Virus record (IMG/VR): IMGVR_UViG_3300021400_000081
Span: 1-33,786 of that record
DNA: 33,786 bases
Source: a virus
Reading direction: 5' to 3' (one strand)
Shown: in pieces, positions 23,843 through 33,714 of the stretch
Layout: the number at the start of each line of letters is the position of its first letter
Position numbering within the stretch: the stretch's first letter is position 1
Made by a program: the position numbers and the translations under genes
Notes under the pieces: model-generated
The model's input: only the letters and a program-made list of their open reading frames with translations
What the model was told of the DNA's origin: nothing
Database searches by the model: none

Positions 23843-24252
23843 TAGAAGAAAGAATACAAGAGTTTATGAGCAACGTAGATATAAAGACTGACAAGTTAAG
23901 TGAATATATTAATAAGGATAAAGGGTTAAGATATCCTTTAAATACATCTCAACTATTATGTAGAGTAGACAAACTAGAGTTAGACAAAAAAGAAATAGAA
24001 AGTGCCAAATTTAAAAGACAAATAGAAAGTAAAGACTATACTACAATAGATATAATCAAACACGTTCCTAAATATGAGATAACAAAAATAGAAGCTGATA
24101 AATTTGTTATTACTGATAAAAAGACTAAAGGATCAGTATTATACAATGTATCTAATCAAATAGGAATACATAATACATATGAAAATGTAGAAGAAGCATT
24201 TAAAGTATGTGAAGAAATAAACAACAAGATATTCGAAGTATTAAAAGGATAA
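23839..24252 (+). CDS. Hypothetical protein
   Basis: 137 aa with an ATGA overlap with the upstream gene. Confidence 0.55.
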   Translation: MIEERIQEFMSNVDIKTDKLSEYINKDKGLRYPLNTSQLLCRVDKLELDKKEIESAKFKRQIESKDYTTIDIIKHVPKYEITKIEADKFVITDKKTKGSVLYNVSNQIGIHNTYENVEEAFKVCEEINNKIFEVLKG

Positions 24253-24255
24253 CTT

Positions 24256-25281
24256 ATGTATACTAATATATTCTATATTTCACACTTTAATGTTATAGGT
24301 GGTATAGAAACATACATATATGAACTTGCAAAAAAATACCATAAATACGATATAACAGTTATGTATTCTGCTGGAGATAGTAAACAAATTGCAAGATTAA
24401 GAAAATATGTTAAGGTTATAAAAGTACCTAAAGACATAGTTAAATGTAAAAGATTATTCATAATGTACAAATGTGATTTAGACAAGTTTGAAGCTGATTA
24501 CATTATACAAATAACACACGCAGATTATGAAGCACAAAATTTAAAACCAAATCTAGATCAAAGAATAAATGAACATTATGCAGTAAGCAAGTCAGTAGCA
24601 AAAACTCATACAAAAATATCAGGGTTAGAAACAAAAGTGTGTTATAACCCTATTACAATAGATAAACCTAAAAGAATATTAAAATTAATAAGTGCTACAC
24701 GTTTAACAAAAGAAAAAGGTAAAGACAGGATGATTAAATTAGCAAATATTCTTACTAATGCAAATATACCTTTTATATGGTTAGTATTTACAAATGACTT
24801 AAATGCTATAGACAACCCTAATGTAATTTATATGAAACCTAGATTAAATATAAGAGATTACATAAAGGAAGCAGATTATTTAGTTCAATTAAGTGATACT
24901 GAAGCCTGGTGTTATAGTGTACTAGAAAGTTTATGTTTAGGAACTCCTGTAATAACTACTCCAGTAGAGTGTTTTAAAGAAATGGGAGTAGAAACAGGTA
25001 AAAATGGTTATTATATAGACTTTAACGTAAAAGATGTTCCTATAGATGATATTTACAATAATATACCAAAATTTGAGTTTAAAGCACCTAAAGATATATA
25101 CGATAAGTTATTACTTAAAGAACCATCAAAGTATAACCCAGAAGAAATGGTAAAAGTAAGAGTATTAAAAAGGTATCAAGATTTAGTATTAGGAGAATAT
25201 CTAGAGAAAAATAAAGAATTAGATATGTATATATATAGAGCATATGAATTAGAAGAAAAAAAATTAATAGAAATAATATAA
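24256..25281 (+). CDS. GT-B fold glycosyltransferase (group 1 / GT4-like)
   Basis: The N-terminus ISHFNVIGGIETYIYELAKK is typical of GT4 enzymes. The C-terminal EX7E-type motif reads TEAWCYSVLESLCLGTPVITTP, and RLTKEKGKDRMIKLA is also present. Confidence 0.75.
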   Translation: MYTNIFYISHFNVIGGIETYIYELAKKYHKYDITVMYSAGDSKQIARLRKYVKVIKVPKDIVKCKRLFIMYKCDLDKFEADYIIQITHADYEAQNLKPNLDQRINEHYAVSKSVAKTHTKISGLETKVCYNPITIDKPKRILKLISATRLTKEKGKDRMIKLANILTNANIPFIWLVFTNDLNAIDNPNVIYMKPRLNIRDYIKEADYLVQLSDTEAWCYSVLESLCLGTPVITTPVECFKEMGVETGKNGYYIDFNVKDVPIDDIYNNIPKFEFKAPKDIYDKLLLKEPSKYNPEEMVKVRVLKRYQDLVLGEYLEKNKELDMYIYRAYELEEKKLIEII

Positions 25282-25293
25282 GGTGGTGGTATT

Positions 25294-25692
25294 ATGGCTA
25301 ACATAGATAACCTAGTTCCACTTACCACGGAAAAAGCACGAGAAATAGGTGCTAAAGGTGGAAAACGTTCAGGAGAAGTAAAAAGAGAAAAAAGAACATT
25401 TAAAAAAGCAATTGAGTGGTTAGCCAATAGTGATATTAAATTAAAAGGTGGAAGTGTATACGATACTTTAAAAGGTATGGGGATAGATGTAGATACTTTA
25501 AACCCTACTCAACTTGCTACTATAGGTTTATGGTATGGAGCAGTACAGGGAAATGCTACTAACTACAAAACACTTATGGAAGGCAATAATGAGATAGAAG
25601 AAGAAAATTCAGTCAACCCTACTTTCAAAGTTGAGATTATAGATAACTCTAATCTGGAGAAACAACTATATGAAGCAAATAAACCTAAATAG
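25294..25692 (+). CDS. terS: Terminase small subunit
   Basis: 132 aa, immediately upstream of terL. The N-terminus NLVPLTTEKAREIGAKGGKRSGEVKREKR is typical of Firmicute-phage small terminases. Confidence 0.55.
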   Translation: MANIDNLVPLTTEKAREIGAKGGKRSGEVKREKRTFKKAIEWLANSDIKLKGGSVYDTLKGMGIDVDTLNPTQLATIGLWYGAVQGNATNYKTLMEGNNEIEEENSVNPTFKVEIIDNSNLEKQLYEANKPK

Positions 25693-25963
25693 ATTAATAG
25701 AAGAAAATGGACTAACATTAGAAAGGAGTATACTAGGTATGGAATTTATAAAAAGAAAAGATGGAAACTATATAATCAAAGATAGTGGTTATGTAGTAAG
25801 TGAAAAAGAGAAGCTACAAATGGAAAACAAAGAATTAGTAATCAAAGACATTAGTTCTACTTGTGCTAAAGATATTACTAAAAAAATATCAAAGAATAAA
25901 AAACGTATTAAAGAAATAGAAGAAAATGAGAATATCGAAGAAGCAGAACCAATTAAGGACTGA
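25670..25963 (+). CDS. Hypothetical protein overlapping the terS end and terL start
   Basis: 97 aa, K/E-rich. It overlaps terS by 23 nt and terL by 38 nt. The start is uncertain; ATG 25739 is an alternative. Confidence 0.35.
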   Translation: MKQINLNRLIEENGLTLERSILGMEFIKRKDGNYIIKDSGYVVSEKEKLQMENKELVIKDISSTCAKDITKKISKNKKRIKEIEENENIEEAEPIKD

Positions 25964-27275
25964 TATAATTTCTAAAGATGTTCCTGAAATATATGTATTA
26001 GGTTCTACCCAAAGCGGTAAAACCTTTATTATTGCAGAAGCAATTATAGAATATGCACAAGCATTATACGAATATGAACCTAAAAAGCAGTTCTATGGTG
26101 CTATAGTAGGATGGACTATTGATTCACTTAAAGGAAACATAGTAGAAGTCTTTGAAAGACATTTTAATGAGTTAGGTTGGAAAAACAATGTTCACTATGT
26201 ATTAAAATGGAATAACGATGAAAAAAGTTTAACCTTATATAATATTAAGATATTCTTCTTTGGATTTAACAATGTAAAGAGTTTTAATAAGATATTAGGT
26301 AGACCTTTAATACTAGAGTGGATAGATGAATCGGCAAGAATTTATACCAATAAAGAATTACAGGGAAGTTTTAATGAATTCCCTGGTAGACAAATGTCTT
26401 TTGCAGGGCATCCTTATTTAAAGACTATACACTCCTTTAACGTAGAAGGATCAAGTAGACATCCATACAAAGAAACATACATAGACAATAAACCAAATGC
26501 AAAACACTATACGTTTTTCCCATATGATAACCCAATGCTAGATACTGAAGAAAAAATAAAGCAGGTTGTAGAGATGTTTCCACCTGGTAGTTTAAGACAA
26601 CAAAAAGTATTTAATGAGTGGGTAATAGCAGAAGGTAAAGTATTTAATCAATTAAATGTAATAAAAGAGTGCCCATATATGATAAGAGAAATACATATAG
26701 GTATAGACTATGGTTCAGTAAACCCAACTGTCTTTGTACCAATAGCATTATGTTTAGATAATAGACAATGGAAACTAGTAAGACTAGAGTGCTATTATCA
26801 TAACCCTAAAGATATGGATGATACACCTACTACTGAATACTATTCAAAACAATTAAGGATGTTTATGGTTTATTTAAAAGCACAATACCCTGGAATACCT
26901 ATTAAGACAATAGTAATAGATAGTGAAGCTAGTCATTTTGATAATAGACTAACAGTTGATGGAATACAACACGATATAAGTAAGAAAGGTCCAGGTTCAG
27001 TAAACGAAGGTGTAGAATACTTACAAAGTTTATTCTATAAAGGGTATTTAGAAATATTAGAGAAACCTTCAATAACAAACTTTTACCCAGATGGACATTA
27101 TGAAGAAAGTGGAAAAGATGAAAGTCTAGTAGAGTTTGACTCATATCAATATGATAGGATAAAGAGTGAAACTACAGGAACAAATGTATATAAGAAAGAC
27201 CTAGATCATAGTATTGATGCTACAAGATATGTTCTAGATTTAATGAAAGACATAGGAGTTGCACCAGTGGTATGA
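25926..27275 (+). CDS. terL: Terminase large subunit
   Basis: Has Walker A VLGSTQSGKTF, Walker B-like LILEWIDESA, and the nuclease-domain motif IGIDYGSVNPT. The product is 449 aa. Confidence 0.9.
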   Translation: MRISKKQNQLRTDIISKDVPEIYVLGSTQSGKTFIIAEAIIEYAQALYEYEPKKQFYGAIVGWTIDSLKGNIVEVFERHFNELGWKNNVHYVLKWNNDEKSLTLYNIKIFFFGFNNVKSFNKILGRPLILEWIDESARIYTNKELQGSFNEFPGRQMSFAGHPYLKTIHSFNVEGSSRHPYKETYIDNKPNAKHYTFFPYDNPMLDTEEKIKQVVEMFPPGSLRQQKVFNEWVIAEGKVFNQLNVIKECPYMIREIHIGIDYGSVNPTVFVPIALCLDNRQWKLVRLECYYHNPKDMDDTPTTEYYSKQLRMFMVYLKAQYPGIPIKTIVIDSEASHFDNRLTVDGIQHDISKKGPGSVNEGVEYLQSLFYKGYLEILEKPSITNFYPDGHYEESGKDESLVEFDSYQYDRIKSETTGTNVYKKDLDHSIDATRYVLDLMKDIGVAPVV

Positions 27276-27472
27276 AAGTACGTTGTAAGAAAAGTAAAAG
27301 ATTTTTGGTTGATATTCAGCTTGAAACATATTTAGAGAATTTAAGAAAGATAGGGATAAAACAGGAACTACCTTTAAGAATAACCTTACCCTGTCCACGT
27401 TGTCATAAGATAGAAGTATACGATATATACGAAAATAGATACGAATTTATAGAAAATATCGAAATTAAGTAA
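27272..27472 (+). CDS. Small zinc-ribbon protein (Com-like, first Cys pair degenerate)
   Basis: 66 aa, MKVRCKKSKRFL...LPCPRCHKIEVY. It is inserted between terL and portal. Confidence 0.45.
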   Translation: MKVRCKKSKRFLVDIQLETYLENLRKIGIKQELPLRITLPCPRCHKIEVYDIYENRYEFIENIEIK

Positions 27473-27579
27473 GATGTCGTATTTATGTCATATCTTATGT
27501 AATATAATAATAGTGATAGAAGAAAGTGCAAATATAGGACTGAAAAGTCGCTATCAGGCATATGAACGGAGATGTTTAT
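27467..27579 (+). promoter_or_regulatory. Promoter-like cassette copy 2
   Basis: Contains ATGTCGTA 27474-27481, ATGTCATA 27485-27492 and TATAAT 27503-27508. The conserved blocks are 27513-27528 and 27543-27551. It begins at the same aagTAAg stop context as copy 1. Confidence 0.5.
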
Positions 27580-27828
27580 ATGTCTTTTTTTAATAAAAAA
27601 TGGAAAATGCACTTATATCTAAACGGCATTTATGTAGGAAAAATAAGAATAAGAGAAGATGAAGAACCAAGTAAGAACTGGTATGTAGTACACTTTTGGT
27701 TTAAAAAGCAAATATTTAAGAGTAATCACGTTAAATGTGTTATCCACCCTACTAGATGTCTAGGAACACACGATGCGAAAAAAACTACTCATTGGACATT
27801 TGAGTATGAGAAGGGAGAAGAAGTATGA
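27580..27828 (+). CDS. Hypothetical protein
   Basis: The track start 27562 has no SD. ATG 27580 lies 7 nt after ggaga. The product is 82 aa and its stop overlaps the portal start. Confidence 0.5.
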   Translation: MSFFNKKWKMHLYLNGIYVGKIRIREDEEPSKNWYVVHFWFKKQIFKSNHVKCVIHPTRCLGTHDAKKTTHWTFEYEKGEEV

Positions 27829-29162
27829 AAGGTAAAATAAGAAACACAGGTATCTGGGAAGCACCATTTATACAAGTAAAGGCAAAAATAACAATGCCAG
27901 GTAAAACAAATGGAAAACCAAATATCAAATACAATGAAGAATACGTTGTATCTCCTAGTGCTAAAAAGATAGCAACATACATAAGAAATCAAATCTTTGG
28001 TAGTGAGTTAGTAAGTCAAACTGAAGATATGGATATAAATTGGTTGATGCCTACTTTAAGTGAATCACTAGAAAGAGCAATATACCAAAAAGAAAGTTTT
28101 ATCTATTTGCACAAATATAACGATAAAGTTTATCTAGAGTGTTTAAACCATAATGATATACACGATATAGAGCAAGTATTTGACCAAGTAAAGAAAGCAA
28201 CTATTATTCAAGATTTTGAAACTGAAAAGAATAAATATGAATTACATAGAATAATTACTTTACCTGGAAATAGTACATCAATAATTGAGTTTAAAGCATA
28301 TATCAATGAAGAAGGAAAAATAAGAGAAATACCAATAAATAAGTTTAATGAAATATTTGGTACTGATTATCAAAGAATAGAGAATAAACCATATGAAGTA
28401 TTAATTAATATAGATACTGGTCAAGAATTCTTTAGAGATAGCAAAAAACTATTAAATGAAGAAATGGTATTGTTAAACACTATAGCAGAAGAAATAGAAA
28501 AGACAAAAACAAGAATAGCAACAAGCGAACATTATGCTACAGGAGATATAGCAACAGCTTGGACACCAAAGTCAACAACATATGATCCACACACTATTTC
28601 AGTAGGAACTTTACAAGATTATTTTGTAATGATGCCAGGAGATAGAGATCATCAAGTATTTGAGTTCTTACAGGGAGATGTAAGAATAGATAAATACGAA
28701 GAAACATTTAAGTTCTATGATTATCAAATAATACAAATGGCAGGTTTAAGTCCAGCTACATTTGGATATGAAAAAGATGCTTATATGAATAATGCTAATG
28801 TTGATTTAAGTGCTAATGCAAGTGAAATGACAATAGAAGCAATTAAAAAACAATTAGAACCACAAATAAATAGATTAATAGAGAATATCATTAGATTACA
28901 ACAAAGTGCCGAAATAAAGGTAAATGAGATACCTTTAACAGTTGACTGGGACTATGGAGCAAATGAAAGAATCGATGATATGAAAAAATTAGAAGTTCTA
29001 AAGGATGTACAAAGAACAATGAGTGTACCTTATAGTGTTAGAGCTGATATAGTCTTACCTATTCTTAATAAATTAGTAGATGAACCAATTAAAAGAGAAT
29101 CACTAATAAAAGACTGGCAAGATGAATCAAATAAAATGGATATTACATTTGGAGAATTATGA
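27825..29162 (+). CDS. Portal protein
   Basis: 445 aa in the conserved position upstream of the MuF-like head protein (separated from terL by the 27272..27828 insert). Contains the SPP1 gp6-like segment MAGLSPATFGYEKDAYMNNANVDLSANASE. Confidence 0.75.
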   Translation: MKGKIRNTGIWEAPFIQVKAKITMPGKTNGKPNIKYNEEYVVSPSAKKIATYIRNQIFGSELVSQTEDMDINWLMPTLSESLERAIYQKESFIYLHKYNDKVYLECLNHNDIHDIEQVFDQVKKATIIQDFETEKNKYELHRIITLPGNSTSIIEFKAYINEEGKIREIPINKFNEIFGTDYQRIENKPYEVLINIDTGQEFFRDSKKLLNEEMVLLNTIAEEIEKTKTRIATSEHYATGDIATAWTPKSTTYDPHTISVGTLQDYFVMMPGDRDHQVFEFLQGDVRIDKYEETFKFYDYQIIQMAGLSPATFGYEKDAYMNNANVDLSANASEMTIEAIKKQLEPQINRLIENIIRLQQSAEIKVNEIPLTVDWDYGANERIDDMKKLEVLKDVQRTMSVPYSVRADIVLPILNKLVDEPIKRESLIKDWQDESNKMDITFGEL

Positions 29163-30295
29163 TAGATGAAGAATTAGTCTATAAAGAGTTTGAAAAAGCA
29201 TTAGAAGAAGCAATAAAAGTCTATAAACCAAATAAAAAAATATCCAATAATGCTTTAACAATATTTATAGAAGATAAGGTATGGGAATCAACTCTTAAAT
29301 ATAACAGGATGATAAACATAACTAGAGAAAAGTTTTTTGAAAACCTTTACAATAATACACCTTTAGATGAATACACTGAAGGAATAACTGAACTATGGAA
29401 CATAGACCACTCCTATATGGACAGGTCTATAAAAGAACTAGAAGAAATGGTTATACAAAAAGATTTCTATGAAGCAGAAATGTATGGCAATAAAAAAATA
29501 ACTACTAGATCAATTAAGTTAGAGAATAACTGGCAAGAGTTCGTATTAAAAGAACAAGAAATGTATCAACTAAACCCTGAAAGAGATTTTAGGACATTAG
29601 AACAAAGATATGTGAATAGACATATAAAGTTATATGAGAACATACAAAAGAGATATAAAGATAGTAAAGACTTGGGTAAAGATTTAGCAGATTTTTTAAA
29701 AAGATATGAAAGTATAGATAAAACTATACCCTACTTTAGTCATACTACAGGAGATATTATAAGGTATGTAAATATAGCAACATATGAGAATATGCTATAT
29801 AACGTAAATTTGACTAGGAGTGCTTGGAATAGAGCTATATACGATGCTAAATTACTAGGAAATCATTTATGGTATTTACCATCCCACCCTTTTGCTTGTC
29901 CAGGTTGTATGTTTTTTCAGGGATATGTCTATACTGACCATAACCCTACTACACAAGAAACATATGTATTAAATAGATATGGAAAACCAGGATATCCACA
30001 AAAGCAAGATACTTATGGTTCTAACCCTAACTCAAAAATAGGAGTAGGACATCCAAATTGTAAACACGTTTGGACATCTTATTGGAGTCAAGACCAAATA
30101 CAAGATGAAAAGTATAACTCTAGTGAGTGGGAAGAAAAATACAAGAATAAACAAAAAATACAAAGTCTTGAATTAGAAAAGTCCAGATTATTGACAAATA
30201 GACGTATTTACCAAAATTTAGGACAACAAGACTTGGTAGATAAAACAACAAGTAAGATCAAGAAGATTCGACAAACAATAAAAGATATCGAATAG
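29159..30295 (+). CDS. Minor head protein, SPP1 gp7 / Mu F family
   Basis: Follows the portal gene. Contains HPFACPGCMFFQGYVY and GHPNCKHVW, the HPNC-type motif characteristic of the family. Confidence 0.75.
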   Translation: MIDEELVYKEFEKALEEAIKVYKPNKKISNNALTIFIEDKVWESTLKYNRMINITREKFFENLYNNTPLDEYTEGITELWNIDHSYMDRSIKELEEMVIQKDFYEAEMYGNKKITTRSIKLENNWQEFVLKEQEMYQLNPERDFRTLEQRYVNRHIKLYENIQKRYKDSKDLGKDLADFLKRYESIDKTIPYFSHTTGDIIRYVNIATYENMLYNVNLTRSAWNRAIYDAKLLGNHLWYLPSHPFACPGCMFFQGYVYTDHNPTTQETYVLNRYGKPGYPQKQDTYGSNPNSKIGVGHPNCKHVWTSYWSQDQIQDEKYNSSEWEEKYKNKQKIQSLELEKSRLLTNRRIYQNLGQQDLVDKTTSKIKKIRQTIKDIE

Positions 30296-30381
30296 TAGAC
30301 CTGCCGTATGTCTATAAACTAGACAAAGGTATACCTAATTTTGCACTTTCTCCATAATTCTAGAAAAAGGAGATAAAAAAG

Positions 30382-30909
30382 ATGGATATTAAAAAGTATA
30401 TCAAGAATAAAGATATCGAATTGTCTAACGATGATATAGATATCGACAAACTAGAGAAAGATTTACGAAAAGGGTACGAACTTTCAAGTGAAGTAGATGA
30501 AAAAGTATCTAAAGCAGTATTAGAAGCAAATAATAGTTCTAAAACGACCTATACTGAATTAGAGAATAAGTATAATGAACTTCAAACTAGATATGATGAT
30601 ATTGAGAAACGTAATACTGATATCACTGAAAGAAATAGAACACTAGCATTAGAAAACGTAATGACTAGGGAAGGTTTTAAAGATGAAGATTTCAAAGACA
30701 TAATGGCAATGAGAAATTCAATGTTCAGTGATATTAAGGATGATAAAGAAGCAGTAGCAAAAATCAAAGAGAAGTATAAAAATACATATTTCCCTACTCC
30801 AGTTGAAAAAGTAAAAGATGACTTACCATTAAATAATGGAGTATCTACACCAGTAGAACCAGTAGTAAATAGAAAGACTAGTATTAAAGATTTATTAATT
30901 AAGAAATAA
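30382..30909 (+). CDS. Scaffolding protein
   Basis: 175 aa, highly charged coiled coil, directly upstream of the capsid gene. Confidence 0.6.
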   Translation: MDIKKYIKNKDIELSNDDIDIDKLEKDLRKGYELSSEVDEKVSKAVLEANNSSKTTYTELENKYNELQTRYDDIEKRNTDITERNRTLALENVMTREGFKDEDFKDIMAMRNSMFSDIKDDKEAVAKIKEKYKNTYFPTPVEKVKDDLPLNNGVSTPVEPVVNRKTSIKDLLIKK

Positions 30910-30923
30910 GGAGATGAAAGAAA

Positions 30924-31772
30924 ATGATAGAAGAAATCGGTTTAGATTTACAAGCATTCGTAAAAAGAGTTTACGATGATGTATTATATCAAAGTACATT
31001 TTATAATTTTTTAAACCCTGCTTACATAGGGGCATTAAGACAAACAGGAGCACCAGTTATTGAAGTTGCTAAAACTGAAGTTCTAAGTGTAAATGTAAGA
31101 GAAACAAAAGAAATTCAAACTGCATTAGATCCTGCATTAGTAAATTACGGTCATACAATGGTAGACCTTACTGAATTACCAATGGACTACTCAATTAGAG
31201 TACCAGTAGTAGTATCTGGAAGTGATATTACAAACGCTATTCAAAGTGCAGTAGACCTAGAAGATAGTGCTATAGCACAAGAAATTGATGAATATGGATA
31301 TGGAAAACTAGCAAGTGCTACAGGAGTTGAAGAATCAGCTTGGACACCATCAACTAAAGAAGATTATATTTCTGCTTTAAATGGTTTAAGAGCAAAATTA
31401 TTCAATAAAAAGATTACAGGAGATTATCGTTTAGGTTTAGGAGCTACTGAATATGCTAATCTAGTATCTGCTTTAACTTCAGTATTAAAATTTGAAACAC
31501 TAGCAGGTAGAGATGGTGTTGATATGGGAGAAATTGCAAGAGTATATGGAATTTCAATTTTCGAAATCAACGACAATGTATTAGATGGAACAATTGGATA
31601 TTTCTTTAACCCAATTGCAGTAGTTGGAGATACTTTCTTCAGTGCATTTGTACAAACTGCAACTGATATTCGTTATCCTGGTTATTATTGTATTTCTGGA
31701 AACCAAATGTTTGGTGCAGAAGTAGTTAGACCTGAAGCAATTATACGTTTAGTAGAAGAAGTATCAGCTTAA
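30924..31772 (+). CDS. Major capsid protein
   Basis: 282 aa, follows the scaffold gene, with strong SD aaggaga. The call is positional. Confidence 0.65.
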   Translation: MIEEIGLDLQAFVKRVYDDVLYQSTFYNFLNPAYIGALRQTGAPVIEVAKTEVLSVNVRETKEIQTALDPALVNYGHTMVDLTELPMDYSIRVPVVVSGSDITNAIQSAVDLEDSAIAQEIDEYGYGKLASATGVEESAWTPSTKEDYISALNGLRAKLFNKKITGDYRLGLGATEYANLVSALTSVLKFETLAGRDGVDMGEIARVYGISIFEINDNVLDGTIGYFFNPIAVVGDTFFSAFVQTATDIRYPGYYCISGNQMFGAEVVRPEAIIRLVEEVSA

Positions 31773-31791
31773 TAAGAAAGGGGGTTAAATT

Positions 31792-32157
31792 ATGACCTTC
31801 TTTACAATAAATGAATTTTCAAATAAATATAAGACTTGTCAAACTCCAAGTGAGTGGCAAATAGAACAAGCTTGTGAGATGATTTATTCTCAAGTAGGTT
31901 TACGTTATCGAAACCCTAACTGGCAAGTAGATAACGTACCTACTGCTATTAAAAATGCAAGTATGGAACAATTAAGGTTCATATTAGAATACGATATTCC
32001 ATTAATAGACTATAAAGATAGAGTTAAGGCAGGAGATATGGAATCAACTTTATCAAGTGATTACTCTACTCTAGCTTTAAGAATACTAGGAAATGCAGGT
32101 TATCTTAATCGTGGAGTTCCAATTAACTACAATATGGGTTTAAGGATACCATTTTAG
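31792..32157 (+). CDS. Head-tail connector (gp6/gp15-like position)
   Basis: 121 aa, the first gene after the capsid gene. Confidence 0.5.
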   Translation: MTFFTINEFSNKYKTCQTPSEWQIEQACEMIYSQVGLRYRNPNWQVDNVPTAIKNASMEQLRFILEYDIPLIDYKDRVKAGDMESTLSSDYSTLALRILGNAGYLNRGVPINYNMGLRIPF

Positions 32158-32460
32158 ATGTTCTTAACAAATGCAATGAAAGGTACTTTAAAAAAGTATA
32201 ATCGAAACGGAACGGGAGTTTACGATGATGAATATACAAAAGAAGTACCTATTAAAATATGCCCTTATAATCAAGATGTTCGTGTAGCATTTGGAGTATA
32301 CACTATTCCAGAAGCTGAAGGATATTATATTGTTAAGTCTAATACTGATGTCCAAGAAGGAGATCAAATAACATTTATGAATAAGACTTATACAGTTATA
32401 AAGGTAAAAGATAATTGGATATGGAACAAGATAGAGAATTATACGGTGGCAGTTAGATAA
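32158..32460 (+). CDS. Head closure / head-tail adaptor protein
   Basis: 100 aa, positional call. The start abuts the upstream stop. Confidence 0.45.
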   Translation: MFLTNAMKGTLKKYNRNGTGVYDDEYTKEVPIKICPYNQDVRVAFGVYTIPEAEGYYIVKSNTDVQEGDQITFMNKTYTVIKVKDNWIWNKIENYTVAVR

Positions 32461-32834
32461 TGGATGTAAGTTATGAAATAGACTGGAACAAAAAAACTAA
32501 ACGTGGTTTAGAAGTTCTACCTGATGAAATATTATATTCGATAGCAAAACAAACATTAGATATAAGCTATCCTAGTATTCCAATGAGTAATTTAGTAAAC
32601 CACGCAGGTACATTAAGAAGGGCATCAATGTCAGGTGGAGTAAAAGGTGGAAATGGAGATTACTATATTGGTTCTTACACAAAATATGCTTCAAAAGTAT
32701 GGAGCAGGGATGATGCAACAACCAATTGGACTACTCCAGGAACACACTCACAATGGTATGCAAGAACTTTACAAAAAAAAGGACAAGTTATACTAGACAA
32801 TGCTATTAATCAAACGTGGAAGGAAAATATGTAA
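32460..32834 (+). CDS. Neck / head-tail joining protein
   Basis: 124 aa, positional call. Confidence 0.45.
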   Translation: MDVSYEIDWNKKTKRGLEVLPDEILYSIAKQTLDISYPSIPMSNLVNHAGTLRRASMSGGVKGGNGDYYIGSYTKYASKVWSRDDATTNWTTPGTHSQWYARTLQKKGQVILDNAINQTWKENM

Positions 32835-33229
32835 TGGATATAACTGAAAAGAATTTAGTTTTAATATCTTATATACAAAGTCTATTTAAAGATTATCAAG
32901 TAAAAGCCGAATTCTCTACTAACGATAAAGATAAAAAAGTTATCGTAGTACAAGAGCAGTCTGGAATAAAAGAAGTATTCTATGGAGATATAACTCCACT
33001 ATATAACTATTATCAAATAGGAATATGGGGTTTATCAATAAGAGATAGCAAAAATGTTGCTACAAACATAGGAGAATTAATAGGTAAACATATAACACTT
33101 ACCTATAATAATAAAAAATGGCAGATTATATTTAGTCAATATTCTAACCCACAAGCAATAGAATATATGGATATTCGTAGAGTTGAATATAGTTCAATTT
33201 TACGATGTGTAGTAAATCAAATTGCTTAA
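32834..33229 (+). CDS. Tail completion / tail terminator protein
   Basis: The track start 32816 lies inside the upstream gene. ATG 32834 overlaps its TAA and follows ggaagga. The call is positional. Confidence 0.45.
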   Translation: MDITEKNLVLISYIQSLFKDYQVKAEFSTNDKDKKVIVVQEQSGIKEVFYGDITPLYNYYQIGIWGLSIRDSKNVATNIGELIGKHITLTYNNKKWQIIFSQYSNPQAIEYMDIRRVEYSSILRCVVNQIA

Positions 33230-33243
33230 AGAAAGGAGCTAAA

Positions 33244-33714
33244 ATGAACGAATATTTTGTAAGTAATCGTGATGTCATTAAGAACTTTAGTTTTAATACA
33301 GGAACTTCAAGTACACCAGTATACACAAATATGTGTACTGCTACTGAACTAGCATTAAATACAAGTTTCACTGAACAAACTTTTTCAGTATTTTGTGATG
33401 CTTTACAAAGATCAATTAAAACTGGAGTAGCAATGACTATCGAAGGAACAATAAAAATTGATGTAAACAATGTAGCTATTCAAAAAGTTCTAGGAGATGT
33501 TGGAACACTAATATCAAGTGGAACAATATCACAATTTAATAATCAAATGGTTAAATTTGATTTATTAACAGGAGTTGAAAATAGTACATTAGAATATACA
33601 ACTTACACTTGCAATGTATCTTACCAACTAGAAAGTCTAGGTGGAAGTGCAGAAGATGTAGGAGAATTTGCAATAACTATGACAATTAACGGAACAGGCA
33701 CTGCAAGTGCATAG
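33244..33714 (+). CDS. Major tail protein
   Basis: The track start 33205 has no SD. ATG 33244 follows aaaggag. The product is 156 aa, the last gene before the tape measure, and is followed by a terminator hairpin. Confidence 0.6.
   Translation: MNEYFVSNRDVIKNFSFNTGTSSTPVYTNMCTATELALNTSFTEQTFSVFCDALQRSIKTGVAMTIEGTIKIDVNNVAIQKVLGDVGTLISSGTISQFNNQMVKFDLLTGVENSTLEYTTYTCNVSYQLESLGGSAEDVGEFAITMTINGTGTASA

Noticed and set aside
27523-27534. 12-nt inverted match agaaagtgcaaa with 30343-30354
   Set aside because: Matches of this length are expected many times by chance in 34 kb of AT-rich sequence on two strands, and there is no flanking similarity.
33144-33470. 108-aa antisense ORF over the major tail gene start. 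The same applies to the other short antisense ORFs in the track: 2358, 4604, 5227, 5415, 9527, 18912, 23647, 24273, 25176, 26929, 27403, 27785, 27789 and 30582.
   Set aside because: All lie opposite to motif-supported or operon-embedded genes, lack ribosome-binding sites, and have the I/L/F/Y/S-rich composition expected from reverse-translating AT-rich coding DNA.
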